DNA from: Catajapyx aquilonaris
Lineage: Eukaryota
DNA length: 64,000 nt
Direction: 5' to 3'
NCBI GenBank assembly: GCA_000934665.2
Contig: KZ537960.1
Location: forward strand, 186,001 to 250,000
In this document: positions 53,201 to 64,000 of the stretch, piece after piece
How the letters are laid out: every line of letters begins with the position of its first letter
Numbering within the stretch: the first letter of the stretch is position 1
Notes under the pieces: model-generated
What the model was told of the DNA's origin: nothing
What the model saw: the letters and a program-made list of their open reading frames with translations, nothing else
The model's database searches: none
Made by a program: the position numbers and the translations under genes

Positions 53201-56200
53201 TTGTTCATACAACTACACCTACTTAATTACCTGTACACAGTCCTGCGCCCCATAGGCTGTGGGGGCAAGGACAACACACATTTTCGAAGCGAGTGGAAAC
53301 TGACCTAACCTAACCTAACCTAACCTTACCTAACCTACCTAACCTAGGCTGAGAAAAATGGACTTTTGTAAAGCCCTACATAACGGAATTGTGGGGACCA
53401 GCTGAACCAGGCGTTTTTGCTGTACCCACAATTTGGAGACTGACCCCAGAGCCACAGTCAAAACACCAACCTAGGTCCCCAGACCCTATATGCGAGACCG
53501 GAACAAAGGTACAGTGGTGCTTCATTGCCCTCAATCTTTCACCACTCCAGAAACATCAGTGTGCAGACGGCAGCACCTCAACCTGTTTGAGGACTAGCCA
53601 AAATGGCCAGTGTGGTCCTTTCTCATTTAGAAGTCCACCCGCGGCCAAGTCCAGCAATTGGACTAACCCTCTACCTCAGGGGGAAAAAAATTAGAGCTCC
53701 ATCTAATGTCCTTTTCATGGACAGCATAACAGTTAAGGACAGTCTAAAAAAATGGGGTCCTCCTTTTCATTAACTCCCTGGATGTCGTTTTACTGAAAAA
53801 GGATGGGGGATGGAGGAGGAACCGGATTTTCTCACCCCCCCCCCCCCCTTCCCACCCCAGCAAACCCAGTTTCTGCTGCTGACTTGCAGACACCGCCTTT
53901 TTGATCCGCACTGTAGCGACAAAACCTCCGCCGATCTGCATAATTGTTTAAGGGTTGCCGAGTTTGCAGCACTGTAGACAGGAATTAGGGTTTTGGGTGG
54001 AGGGGGGGGAGCAGGGTAGAATGGGGAGGGGGGGAGTTATTAATTCTGGTCTCCATGGCGACTGCTCCCGTGGAGAGATCGAGCGAGCCAGCTAGCGAAC
54101 ACCCCATGGTATCTTCCTGTTTCGCCGAATCTTCCCGGGTCGAATTTGGGCGAAATGAGCGATCCCTGAATGTGGCGCTGCGCCGCATCGGACGGCGCGG
54201 CGCGTCCTCGTGGATTCGGATTGCCTATCTGGCAGGAGTGTGACTGTGAGGAGGGACTGTGAGGGGACTGTGAGGAGTCTGTGAGGGTATTACATCAAAT
54301 TCGGTGTGGGTATATTCGGTGTGGGATTCCCCCTCCCAGTGGGGGATGGGAGTTGATAGTGGGTATACTGAAGGAGAAGCGCTAACTTTACTTCGAAATC
54401 GGGACCTGGGGGACCTCCGTAGCTTGCGGTTCCGAGACGATAACCGGAGGGGTTTCCTTTTAAGATTGCTCATCACCGGCAGAAGTGATGAGGAATAAAC
54501 TCATCCTCATGATAACTACACTCTTTCATCAGTAGCTCTTAATGCGGCTCGTAAAAGATGAGATTGACGCCACGGGAGGAAGAAAGTGGCGCCCATTGCA
54601 CAAGCCGCTTAACAACGGCGCAGCCTGCAATTTTGCTAATAGGCGCCATATAATGATGTCGCTCCTCCTGTTTTAGTTGGCTCCTACCCGGGGGTATGTC
54701 GAGAGTTTTTTTTTGGAAACGGGATTTTTTGAATGCTTGCACTTCCAGAGCAGGCAGGGGTATACAAGGTCCATGTAATGAGGGGTGAGGTAGCACTGCT
54801 GCAAACACTGTGCTCCCAGGGGGTAGGGGAATCTTCCTTAAATTTTTAAACCAAGCTCTGATTTTTAATCGCTACTAGTAGAACACAACAAACTTTCCCA
54901 TCCAAAATATACAAGCAGTTTAATCAACATGCATCTTCAATCTCCCCTGTAGGCAAGTGTGTAATTCGATTTAAGAGTGGCTTTGAATGTATAGCGGGGG
55001 AAATAATCCTCCAAGTCCGACGTGATAGAACGGAGGAAATCCTTGAGAGTTTCCGTTCATCCCGACAGTATCGATAACCCAAGTGCCCTCTTGTTATTCG
55101 AAGCAGAATACCAATGGGGTGCTAGAAACTTTTATACCGACGAGTGAGCACTGCTGGGAGAAAGGAAGGGCTCCACAGGCTTTGGGCTATGTCAGAAGGG
55201 CGTTAAGCAAGCATACCAGTCAGATTATATCAGTAAACTAACTATAACATTGTTGATAAACTTTTGCATTAATCCTGCCCCATGTGGATTGTTGTCAACT
55301 GCTACAATTTTGCGAGCATTTGGTTCGTGCTGATAGCCAACAGCCCCTGATGTTGATTTTTTTTGTAGCAGTAAAAAACGAAACGCCATTGCTTTTTTTA
55401 GACAGACTAGTATACGAGTTTATTCAGGATAATGAAGGCAGCGGGGAATTTAAAATGACTGGCGGAGCTGCAAGTTTTGCAAGTCAATTTAAGGAAGCAA
55501 CGTTGTGAGAAAAGGGTATCATCAGTTACTTCTTTCTCTGTTAATAACTGGCTAAATTGAAGATTATTTTGCTTGTTAGTCGTGCAGTGCCTCTGATCTG
55601 TCGTATTAGAGACACACATTACTTTAAAAGTGCTTATATGCAATTCTGTCTCTATACCTGAACGTGTAGGCTGCATTATAGTTATTTCTACGGGACATTC
55701 TAATAATGCATTCAGATATACGTTTCGTTCTGATGGAACCACTTAGCTATGATTGTTCTTTTGAATGCTTTAGAAATGTCACGAGGGAAATAAAATATTC
55801 AGTTCCCTCTGTAATATCTTGCAAACGTGGTTGCTATGTTGGCTGTGGATTTAAGTGAAGGTTTTTCGAACAATAAGGCACGTGTATAGACCGACTCTTA
55901 AGTCGAGTTCCCATCTTTTTAAAACTTATAAAGAGGTAGGCCAACCAAGAGTTCCACTAATGAATGACACGTGGTGGTACGTGCTCAATAAGCTTTGAGT
56001 CTCCTAGATAAGTCACGTTCCAAAGAATTTTCGGCATACCCTATTAACCGCATGCAAAAAGCATCACTTGATGTCATTCAAAAACACTTTGGATTCATAT
56101 TACATGCCGGTACGCAAAAATTTTGGGATATGAAAATAATATTACTTCCTACTGTATGTATGAATATCAAGAGTCATCTATACATCTTTGCAGGTAATAT

Positions 56201-59200
56201 AAAACCACGTTTATGATAGGGAAATATAACCTCTTCACGTAAAAGCCTATAATGACATTAGGCCTACATGTTACCTCGACCTGCATGTGTCAAGAGGCCC
56301 ATAGACGTGGCTGATTCTAAGATTTACTTAGATAAGTAAGTTGGGCAAGTTAATTAAGGGTGAGTGATTAATGTGCTGGAATTGTATTTCGTGATTGTAA
56401 TATTCATCATGTTTGTTAAGTGCAGGAGTTGTTTATATCACCTTATTTTATCATTGATTTGTGTCTCCTATATCGTTGACTACCTCTTTAGGCAAAATTC
56501 GTGATGGATTGATTCGTTGATATGTTACTGAGACATCAACATACTAGCCTTACAACTTAATACTGCATTTTTTTAAAGATTGTTTGATAGCCAAAGTTGA
56601 GTCAGATGTGCAGAGCTATAATGATTGTTCCAAATTTCAACGTACCGGTACGTTGTTTACAACTACAAAACCTTCACGCATAATGGCATGACAGATTGGC
56701 ACAACGTGTACTGTACTAGACGTAAAGCGCATACGTTACAGACTTTTATGCCGGTAGCGGGATGCTCTCCATTAATCCAGAAAAATGACATTTTGTAATT
56801 ATCTACCTACAGCAAGCTTCCTTCTTCAGTACAAAAACGCACAGTATCAGCTGTACCTTAGGCTGCATTTCACTGATTAAAATCACAGCACTGATGTTTA
56901 CTGTGGCAATGTCGTTGACCTTTCAACTTTGACGAATATGACCGTGAGCAGAACAATTCCGCCTAAAATGACAATCGTTTAATAGCAACGAACTGTACAG
57001 TAGTTTTTGGCCAATATAGGTTGCACTATAGGTGACTGAATGGTTAGAACCAATATTTTAAACATGATTACAAACCCTCCCATTTCCTTCTGTTGTTCAG
57101 CACAAAAACATCCTGACTAACTATAGTATTACGCAGCCCCATGGGAAGCGCATTTTATCAACGTGCACCCAAATTAACTCGGTTAATGCTACCAAGAGCG
57201 GAATACATGAGGCAGTTTCATCAAGGAGATTGAATCTACGCCGCGACCAACACATTCGTCACCAGCCTTATGAAATTAACCAACCATTCCAATCGACATT
57301 AATTTGACAGCCTAACCTGCAGGGTGCAATAGAGCATATGAGTTACTCTAGCATTTTGTCCAATTCAAGTCTTGCAAACAGTTTTGAAGGCGTGGCAACC
57401 CTTGTATATACCAATGCTAATCTAATGAAACTATGATCGACCTTGTCATGTGATGGATGTCCTATGTTACCTAACCCTGTCTGACAACCTGGCAGCTTGT
57501 TGATACATGTGCTCTAGTGCGACGAAAATAATTCCTGAACACGCCTCAGTCCACAGATCATAACACATACTCTCATGGGAATTTTTTTTATCCACCTATA
57601 TGACATGTAGTGGATGATAGAAAAAAGGCTAGAGGCAGACACTCTGCTGTCTCCATATTTGAATTTCCAAACTGCAGAGAGGTAAATTAGAACTCGTCCA
57701 TTGCTTCATATAGCCAGGCTCATGTTGTGGCCTCTGGCGAAGTGAGCAATAACTAACCCATACAAAATAATGCTAATACTCTCCGGAGCGATGACACGAT
57801 TATGCGATGGTGGCAAATGAGGGCCAATTCATACTTTGCCACGCTTATTCACCAACTTCTTGCATTAATGGGATAAACATGCTGATACCAGGCTAAAATT
57901 ATAGCCTCTCCATTATTGGAGAAAATATATACAGTAGTTCCGTATGCCCAAGGCAACTGACCCTGACTTCCTTGCTGATATTCATGTGTGTCCTAGTTTC
58001 AAAAATCTAATTAGTCGACAATCAGCTACCGTAACAGAGTCGCATGTGTTCTCATTTTTTCATACATGCCAAAAACTAATAACAAGCTGTAGTGCTTGTC
58101 GCTGAAAAGTTAAAATCTGCCAACTCTTTTCCACGAGCCCTCGTGAATAACGCAGTAATGAGTTGCATATTTTACACCCAACGCAAGTTCAGAACTGAAG
58201 CTGCGAAATTAGGCCAGAAAAAAATACAATTCACCGCACAAGTATAGTTGCAATTCGTCAATTTTGCAGATTAATTTTTGCACCTGACTTAATGATATTC
58301 GTACAAAATCATGCAAAAAAAAGTAGCTCATTTCGGGTTCGTCGACCGCTTACAACAATAACATAGTGAAAACCTCTGCACCCTGCACAGGTACAGTACA
58401 CCTCGCTGAAAATCAATGTTAGAGGCAACCTCTGAATATATAGACGTGGGTATATCAGTGCTCGACGTGGGATGACGAAAGTCTCTCTTTATACTTCATT
58501 CGACTATGATGAGTTGGTTGATGTGGCGGAGATGACAGCTGTAATAAGTTTTCTGAAAGCTACTGCTGCAATTGCTGCTCACTTTGATCTTGTATGCACG
58601 AATTAGACATGCAGAATTTTTTAATCTTCGAATACTGCTTCTTTTTTTCCCCTTTTGGTCAGAGAGGACTCGTCATTAGTAACTTTTGTACGTTTCCAGG
58701 GGTCTCATTATCGAACTATGCTTGTAGATTTAAAACACCGCGGAAGTCATTTAACTATGTACTGGCCTCCAAAGAAAATGTGCCGGTACTGTATCAAAAA
58801 GCACGTTGATTGGCTACAAAAGGCTTGGTCAAATATGGTCGTTTGCTAACTAAAGGGCAGATTTTCACAGGGTAGACGAAATTCTTTTTAAAAAATTAGC
58901 ATAAATATCAGTCGTGAGAGCTAACATCTGCCCAGGCAGTCTCACGACTACATCAGTCGTCAGACTACACCAGTCGTAAGACTACACCAGTCGTAAGACT
59001 ACACCAGTCGTGAGACGGCCAGACTCCATCCACAAGATGGGGGTGATGTCACAGTCAGACCTATAAGGGGTCGAACAAAGGCACGAAGGGTCGGACATGC
59101 CCTATACAGGGAAGCATGCAATTTATCTCAGTCTACTAATAGAACAGCTCGATTCTTGAGACCCTTCCTCCAATTTAGAGGGCCGGTACAGACCAAACAG

Positions 59201-62200
59201 AAAGGATGGCACGCTGTCTAGTGAGTGACAATTTAACCACAACAGCTCAGGACAATAGCCACCGGAGGCTGTGGCTGAAACACCGTTGCCCATAAATTAT
59301 ATAAACCGGGGCCTATTCCACGCTCCAGTTAAGTCCGCCTTACCAAATGAAATTCGAATACAGTTGGCACCTCCTGCATAATTGCGGCATAACTACCCCG
59401 CATTAAAAACGGCTAACTGAAAAGTTATGACTCTCCCTGTGTTACTATAGTAGCTTGCTCTATTATTCATCGAATCCCCAGAATGAAGTGCAAACACTCC
59501 TCGAGGCACATTATTTGACGTCACTTGGGACGTAACTTTTCAGAGTCCGTTAACCTCTCCAGGTCCGACGAAACGTGCGTGTCGCCGTACCTCTCAGGTA
59601 TAATACCAGACAATACTCGGAGGTTGGATACACGGTGCTTCCATGGCAACCAGGTGCGCAATCTCCCACGAGAGGTTTAGGGGGTACATCACCGATAATT
59701 AACCATTTGCGGTGCGGTAGGCCGGATCCCCAGGGCCCTTTAGACATAAATGGTACTTTTGCATCCCACGGTCCCTCAACAAGATATGACTGTCAGTGTA
59801 ACTAACAACCAGACCTTCCTCCGTGAATATATATTAAGACAAAGGAAATTGCCATTCATACTAGAGCATAGGCGCTGCATACTGATAACCACTACTGATA
59901 TTAATATTTATATTAGTTTCTGCTCATGGGTAGTAGATAAGCCCTTTTGTTCTGTGTTGATAGAGCGAAAAAATACAATTAGCAGCCAGGCCTATAGGTG
60001 GTGATTTGTAGCGGCTAGTGGCTAGCATACATAGAGAGCGTGTATCGGTATAAATAGCTGGGTTGGGCGACGCAAAAGGCTACATGGCAGGTTATGGCAT
60101 GTCAAAATATGAGACTTTTTTTTTTTTACAAAAAGCTAAAGCTCCGTAACAAGGCGTGTTTCTCGCTCTCCCGGGTTTCATTATTTTGTTTTGTTGATAC
60201 CAAAAATGCATGGACGCTGTTGTTTGGGCAAGGCTTTTGTTATTTTGCCTTTTTTGTACTCAATTACCTTGGCAGAATTAAACTACGTATCTGGGGAGCT
60301 ATATCCCCATGTGGCAGAACTGTATCAAATGGCATTGTGCCATTAAGTAGTGTGAAATACTGTACACATGGCCATGCATGTTCCCAACTCATACTTTAAA
60401 AAAAATATATATGCAATCAGATGGCTTAATTTTCCGAACTATTATTCCTTACTGACTATTACACTTTGCTCGTTTTCTTGTAGCGGCTGCTGCGATGCGA
60501 ATAGCTTCCCTTCAAGAATTATGCAACAGCTTAACTTCCAACTTCACAATTATGCTTGCTAAGGACTAGTAAACTGCAGCTGTTCTCATTAGCACCTTTT
60601 GGAAAAGCCAGCCTGGTGCTGGGAGATTGGTTAGCAGGAATGGGGAAGATTGGGGAGTAAATGGGGTAAGAGGGGGGAAAGGACCGAAAAACATTTTCAG
60701 TAAATTGTACTATTCTCATTGAAGGTTTCTCTGTGAACAATATTAGATTCAGAGTTGGAAATGACTGTTCCAAGATCTTGTTAAGGTTGCTCACTGCTGG
60801 GGGAAAGGTATTTAGGCCAGCATTTATGAAATACATACAAGCATTTTTTTTCTCTCTCCAATATATTGATTTTTGCAAAATTTCATATTAAATATTCATG
60901 CTGTTCTCCTACACAGCACAATCACCATTAATAATTTACAGCACGCTTAAGTGCACAGAGCAGCCCCCTATAGAGCACAGAGGTATATGAAAAGGGTACA
61001 GATGTTTTTCCCAGGCGAACAATTTTTATATCGCCTAGGGATTAGGCAGCATATGACAACTCTTTGTTTTTCATCCTTGAAACAAGGTTGTTTTTCTCGC
61101 TATATCCACAACCTGAGAGCTGCTGAGGAATAATTGCAGCATCCTTTGACTGAGAATTCTCGCCGTATCTAGGTGCCTCTGCAGCAGTTTCCTTTGTGCA
61201 GTCTAATCAATATCATAACTGATATAGCGGAGATCCCTGGCAGTCACATAAATAATTCCAGGCAAAGGGGGTGAACAATGCACTTGAGAAACTGCGTCTG
61301 GATTCTGTTACACAGCTGGAAGCGGTATAAAAACTGACAGAAGCACTGTAGATAATCGCTACAGCTTCGCTTCAAGTTATCATGACGAGTTGGGTAAGAA
61401 TCGAGCGCGCATTAAGTATTTAAAGGGAACAGAAATCCGCAGCTGGTAGGTACACGTGTATCTCCGTCTAATGTGGCTAAAGTATGTGCGACAAAAAAAA
61501 TGTCGCAAATTTAAAGTCAGAAGCCTGACTTCAAATTTGCGACACATTTGCGACACATTGCGACACACAATAGTCCTATTGTCAAGTAATTCACTAGTCA
61601 ATTTAAAATGAACCGAATGGGCCACATTACTATCTTCTCGAATTACAGTAGTAGCCAGTCCGGCGTGGAATTCCGTCCGCGACATAGCCCTTTGAAGAGT
61701 AAGCCATTACTAACGCCATAGCCTTTGCAACATATCCCAACCGCAGACTTGCGAAAGCCGAAAGGAAATCTATAACGCTTTGTCTGCACGTCACATAAAG
61801 CTGCGTAACTCGCCTCACATACATCAAAAATGGGTGTTTGGGTCAAGTTGACATCCTGTGGTTTCTTGCAAATGTCAGCCAACACCTTCCATTTGCAGGT
61901 TATGGTCGGGTCGGGCCCAGATCGGCATTGGGCAAGGCCATCACTGTGGTCTACGCGGTGCTGGGAATTCCTTTGATGCTTCTGTACCTGTCATCAGTCG
62001 GCGCCCTTTTGGCACGCTGCGCCAGGCTGTTCTGCTCCCGGGCCTGCTTGTCCCGACGCTCGCGACAACGACGCCCGGACGTCAAGAGCGCCCTGGCAGC
62101 AGCCGCTGCAGCATCCCGACCCGGCAATGAACCTTTCTACCTGCGCGCATCGTTGCACAACAGCTTACCGGATGGGGACATCAGCAGGGAGAAGCTGGCT

Positions 62201-62908
62201 CTAGATGATGGTGACCTTAAGGACAGCTGCGGAACACCAGTCACCATGACGCCGTCGACGCCTCTCGACGCCTCCAGACGGATGCTGGCCGTGGCCTCTG
62301 CGGCTGCGGCGGCCAGTTCATCCGGATCCCTGCTGCTGCCGGCCGTGGTCTGCGCCGCTGCCATGGCCGGCTACCTGCTTCTTGGAGCGGTGGTGCTGGC
62401 TCGGTGGGAAGCCTGGGACTTCCTAGAACGAGCCTACTTTTGCTTCATGGCTCTCAGCACCATTGGATTTGGAGACCTGCTGCCAGGGGACTTGCCATTG
62501 CCTCCCACCAGGTAAAGCACTCCACTAAAGATTTTTTGGGGACATACAGAGGTCGTGTTTTCTCACTACAGGCAAGTACTGGAGGGCAGCCACAACATGA
62601 GCACCATGGTGATACGCGTGCCGATGGGTGGCCCCAGCACACCCGGATCCGGAAGTGCGGAGTGGTTTTGTTCCTTCTACATCCTCCTGGGCATGGCCCT
62701 CACCGCCATGTGCTTCAACATCTGCCACGAAGAGCTGGCCCATCGGGCTGCCAGTGCGGCGGCAGCTTCTTCAGCAGCCGCAGCAGCCGCCGCCGCCGCC
62801 GCAGCCGCCGCGGCCCAGCAGTCCTCCAGAATGCTGGCCGCCACCGCCCGAGGCCCTCCACCTCCTCCGCCCATGGTCACCCGGCGTCCAGACGACTCCT
62901 ACTCCTGA
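38278..62908 (+). CDS. Two-pore-domain (K2P/KCNK, TWiK-family) potassium channel, 4 exons, ~481 aa
   Basis: Exons 38278-38523, 39632-39881, 61899-62511 and 62572-62908 join in frame (1446 nt). M1 [14 protein letters not shown]1 [21 protein letters not shown]2 [14 protein letters not shown]2 [15 protein letters not shown]4 [13 protein letters not shown]. Additional upstream exons cannot be excluded. Confidence 0.94.
41530..41662. repeat. Degenerate inverted repeat (old MITE-like hairpin) in the K2P intron
   Basis: Ends ATCCTGACTATTCA and TGAATAGTCAGGAT, with partial internal complementarity. Confidence 0.55.
42256..42300 (-). repeat. (TTAGG)n tract, 9 units (arthropod telomere-type pentamer)
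   Basis: (ACCTA)9 on the plus strand. Confidence 0.9.
53303..53346 (-). repeat. Degenerate (TTAGG)n tract, about 9 units
   Basis: Imperfect ACCTA run on the plus strand. Confidence 0.8.
58939..59016. repeat. 17-bp tandem repeat (GACTACACCAGTCGTAA) x4, bounded by the inverted motif GTCTCACGACT/AGTCGTGAGAC
   Basis: Units start at 58946, 58963, 58980 and 58997. The outer 11 bp form a perfect inverted pair. Confidence 0.8.
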
Positions 62909-64000
62909 CCCATGCGCAACCTGACCCAAGAGACCCTCTGTCCACCCCTAGTCTCCGACGTATCGCCCCGAAGACATCTCAATGACGACGAGGCCAACAC
63001 CGGGGTGTGACTTTCAACGGACAAATCTGTACGAATTTATTACATTTATACTTGAGCGACTCCATCCGTCTGATTCGCTCAACATTACCACGACGTTGTC
63101 AACTAACTGGTGGCGGAACTTCTTGGATGTGAAATTTTTCCTACTTTAATATTCGCCAACTACCTCCCAGTTGCTTGTGGTGAGTACAAATCGCCGTGAG
63201 ACACCATCCTTGATCCCTACCGGCCGGCCACAGTCGCAGAGGCGCCACCTATATACACCTTACTGGGAACATCCCTGGAAGACAGGCCGACCTGAGGGCT
63301 TAAGGAAAGGGATTAGGCCACGCAACGGTTAGCAATGAGGTAGCCGGGTTTTGCGATATGCGGTCGCACCCCTTCCGAAACCTCCCGGGAATGATGAGAT
63401 GAGATGAGATTGGATGAAGCCAACCTAATTCCTCCTCTTCCCCTTCTGGAAATTGCGGATTCGATTGTGGCGAGCAGGATGATGAGAGGAAGGGTCGATA
63501 CTCGAAGACGCTTCCTTGGTAGAGGTGGTTGTAGTGGTAGTGGTGTGGTGGTGGTCTTCTGCTTCCCCAGCACGATCAATGTCAGTGAGAAAGAAACGGT
63601 GAACTAAGAGGAGGATAGGGAGGGTTGGTTGTTGACGTCCTCCTCAATCACTATCTTGAAACCTGCCGACGGGTACTCTTTCCGACCACATGAATCAGCT
63701 CTGTCAAACGGAGACAGCCGCCCGCCAGAAGACTTATACCAGACGCCTAATGTCACTTTGACTTTGCTCATGTGTTGGTGCTGGATGTGAATGAGTGACT
63801 GCAATGCGACAGGCATGTGAATGAATGAGTGCGTCAGATGCGTCAGGATAATCGCCTCGTCGTGGATTTCATGTCTTGTCCTATTTCTTTTCTGGTGCTT
63901 TCGTTTTTCACGGTGCAGTGTTTTTTGAGATTCGTTTCATTTTCTTGTTGTACGTCTTATACCAGTAGTTATCGTCCAATAAAATCATTAGATACAGATG

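Noticed and set aside
2126..62908. Idea that the 2-TM array encodes auxiliary subunits of the neighbouring K2P channel
   Set aside because: Proximity (over 30 kb, with THOC5 in between) is not evidence of function in a eukaryote, and I see no similarity to KCNMB/TipE-type subunits.
63313..63816. Minus-strand ORFs downstream of the K2P stop
   Set aside because: Low-complexity and unrecognised. More simply explained as K2P 3'UTR or flank, although the end of a convergent gene cannot be excluded.

Overview
Eukaryotic genomic DNA, most likely from an arthropod (inferred from spliceosomal GT-AG introns, (TTAGG)n tracts, TCAGT initiators and a Ruka/Nin-like tRNA-SINE). The first ~13 kb is gene-dense, with mostly 45-130 bp introns. 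It holds VKORC1 (minus), a divergently oriented 59-aa single-TM ORF (plus), a tandem array of five small minus-strand genes that I do not recognise, and THOC5 (plus, 10 exons). The remaining ~51 kb contains one recognisable gene, a TWIK/K2P two-pore potassium channel (4 exons, with a 22-kb intron splitting the first GYG filter), among MITEs, a foldback element, palindromes and minisatellites. The most interesting observation is the five-gene array (2126-7903). Sequence identity is very low, but all five share a 3-exon phase-0/0 structure, a 63-72 bp middle exon, AATAAA just after the stop, and a TM-Cys-loop-[DN]C-TM(Pro) architecture. Three end in a YxxI motif. All gene models were spliced by hand and no database search was run.
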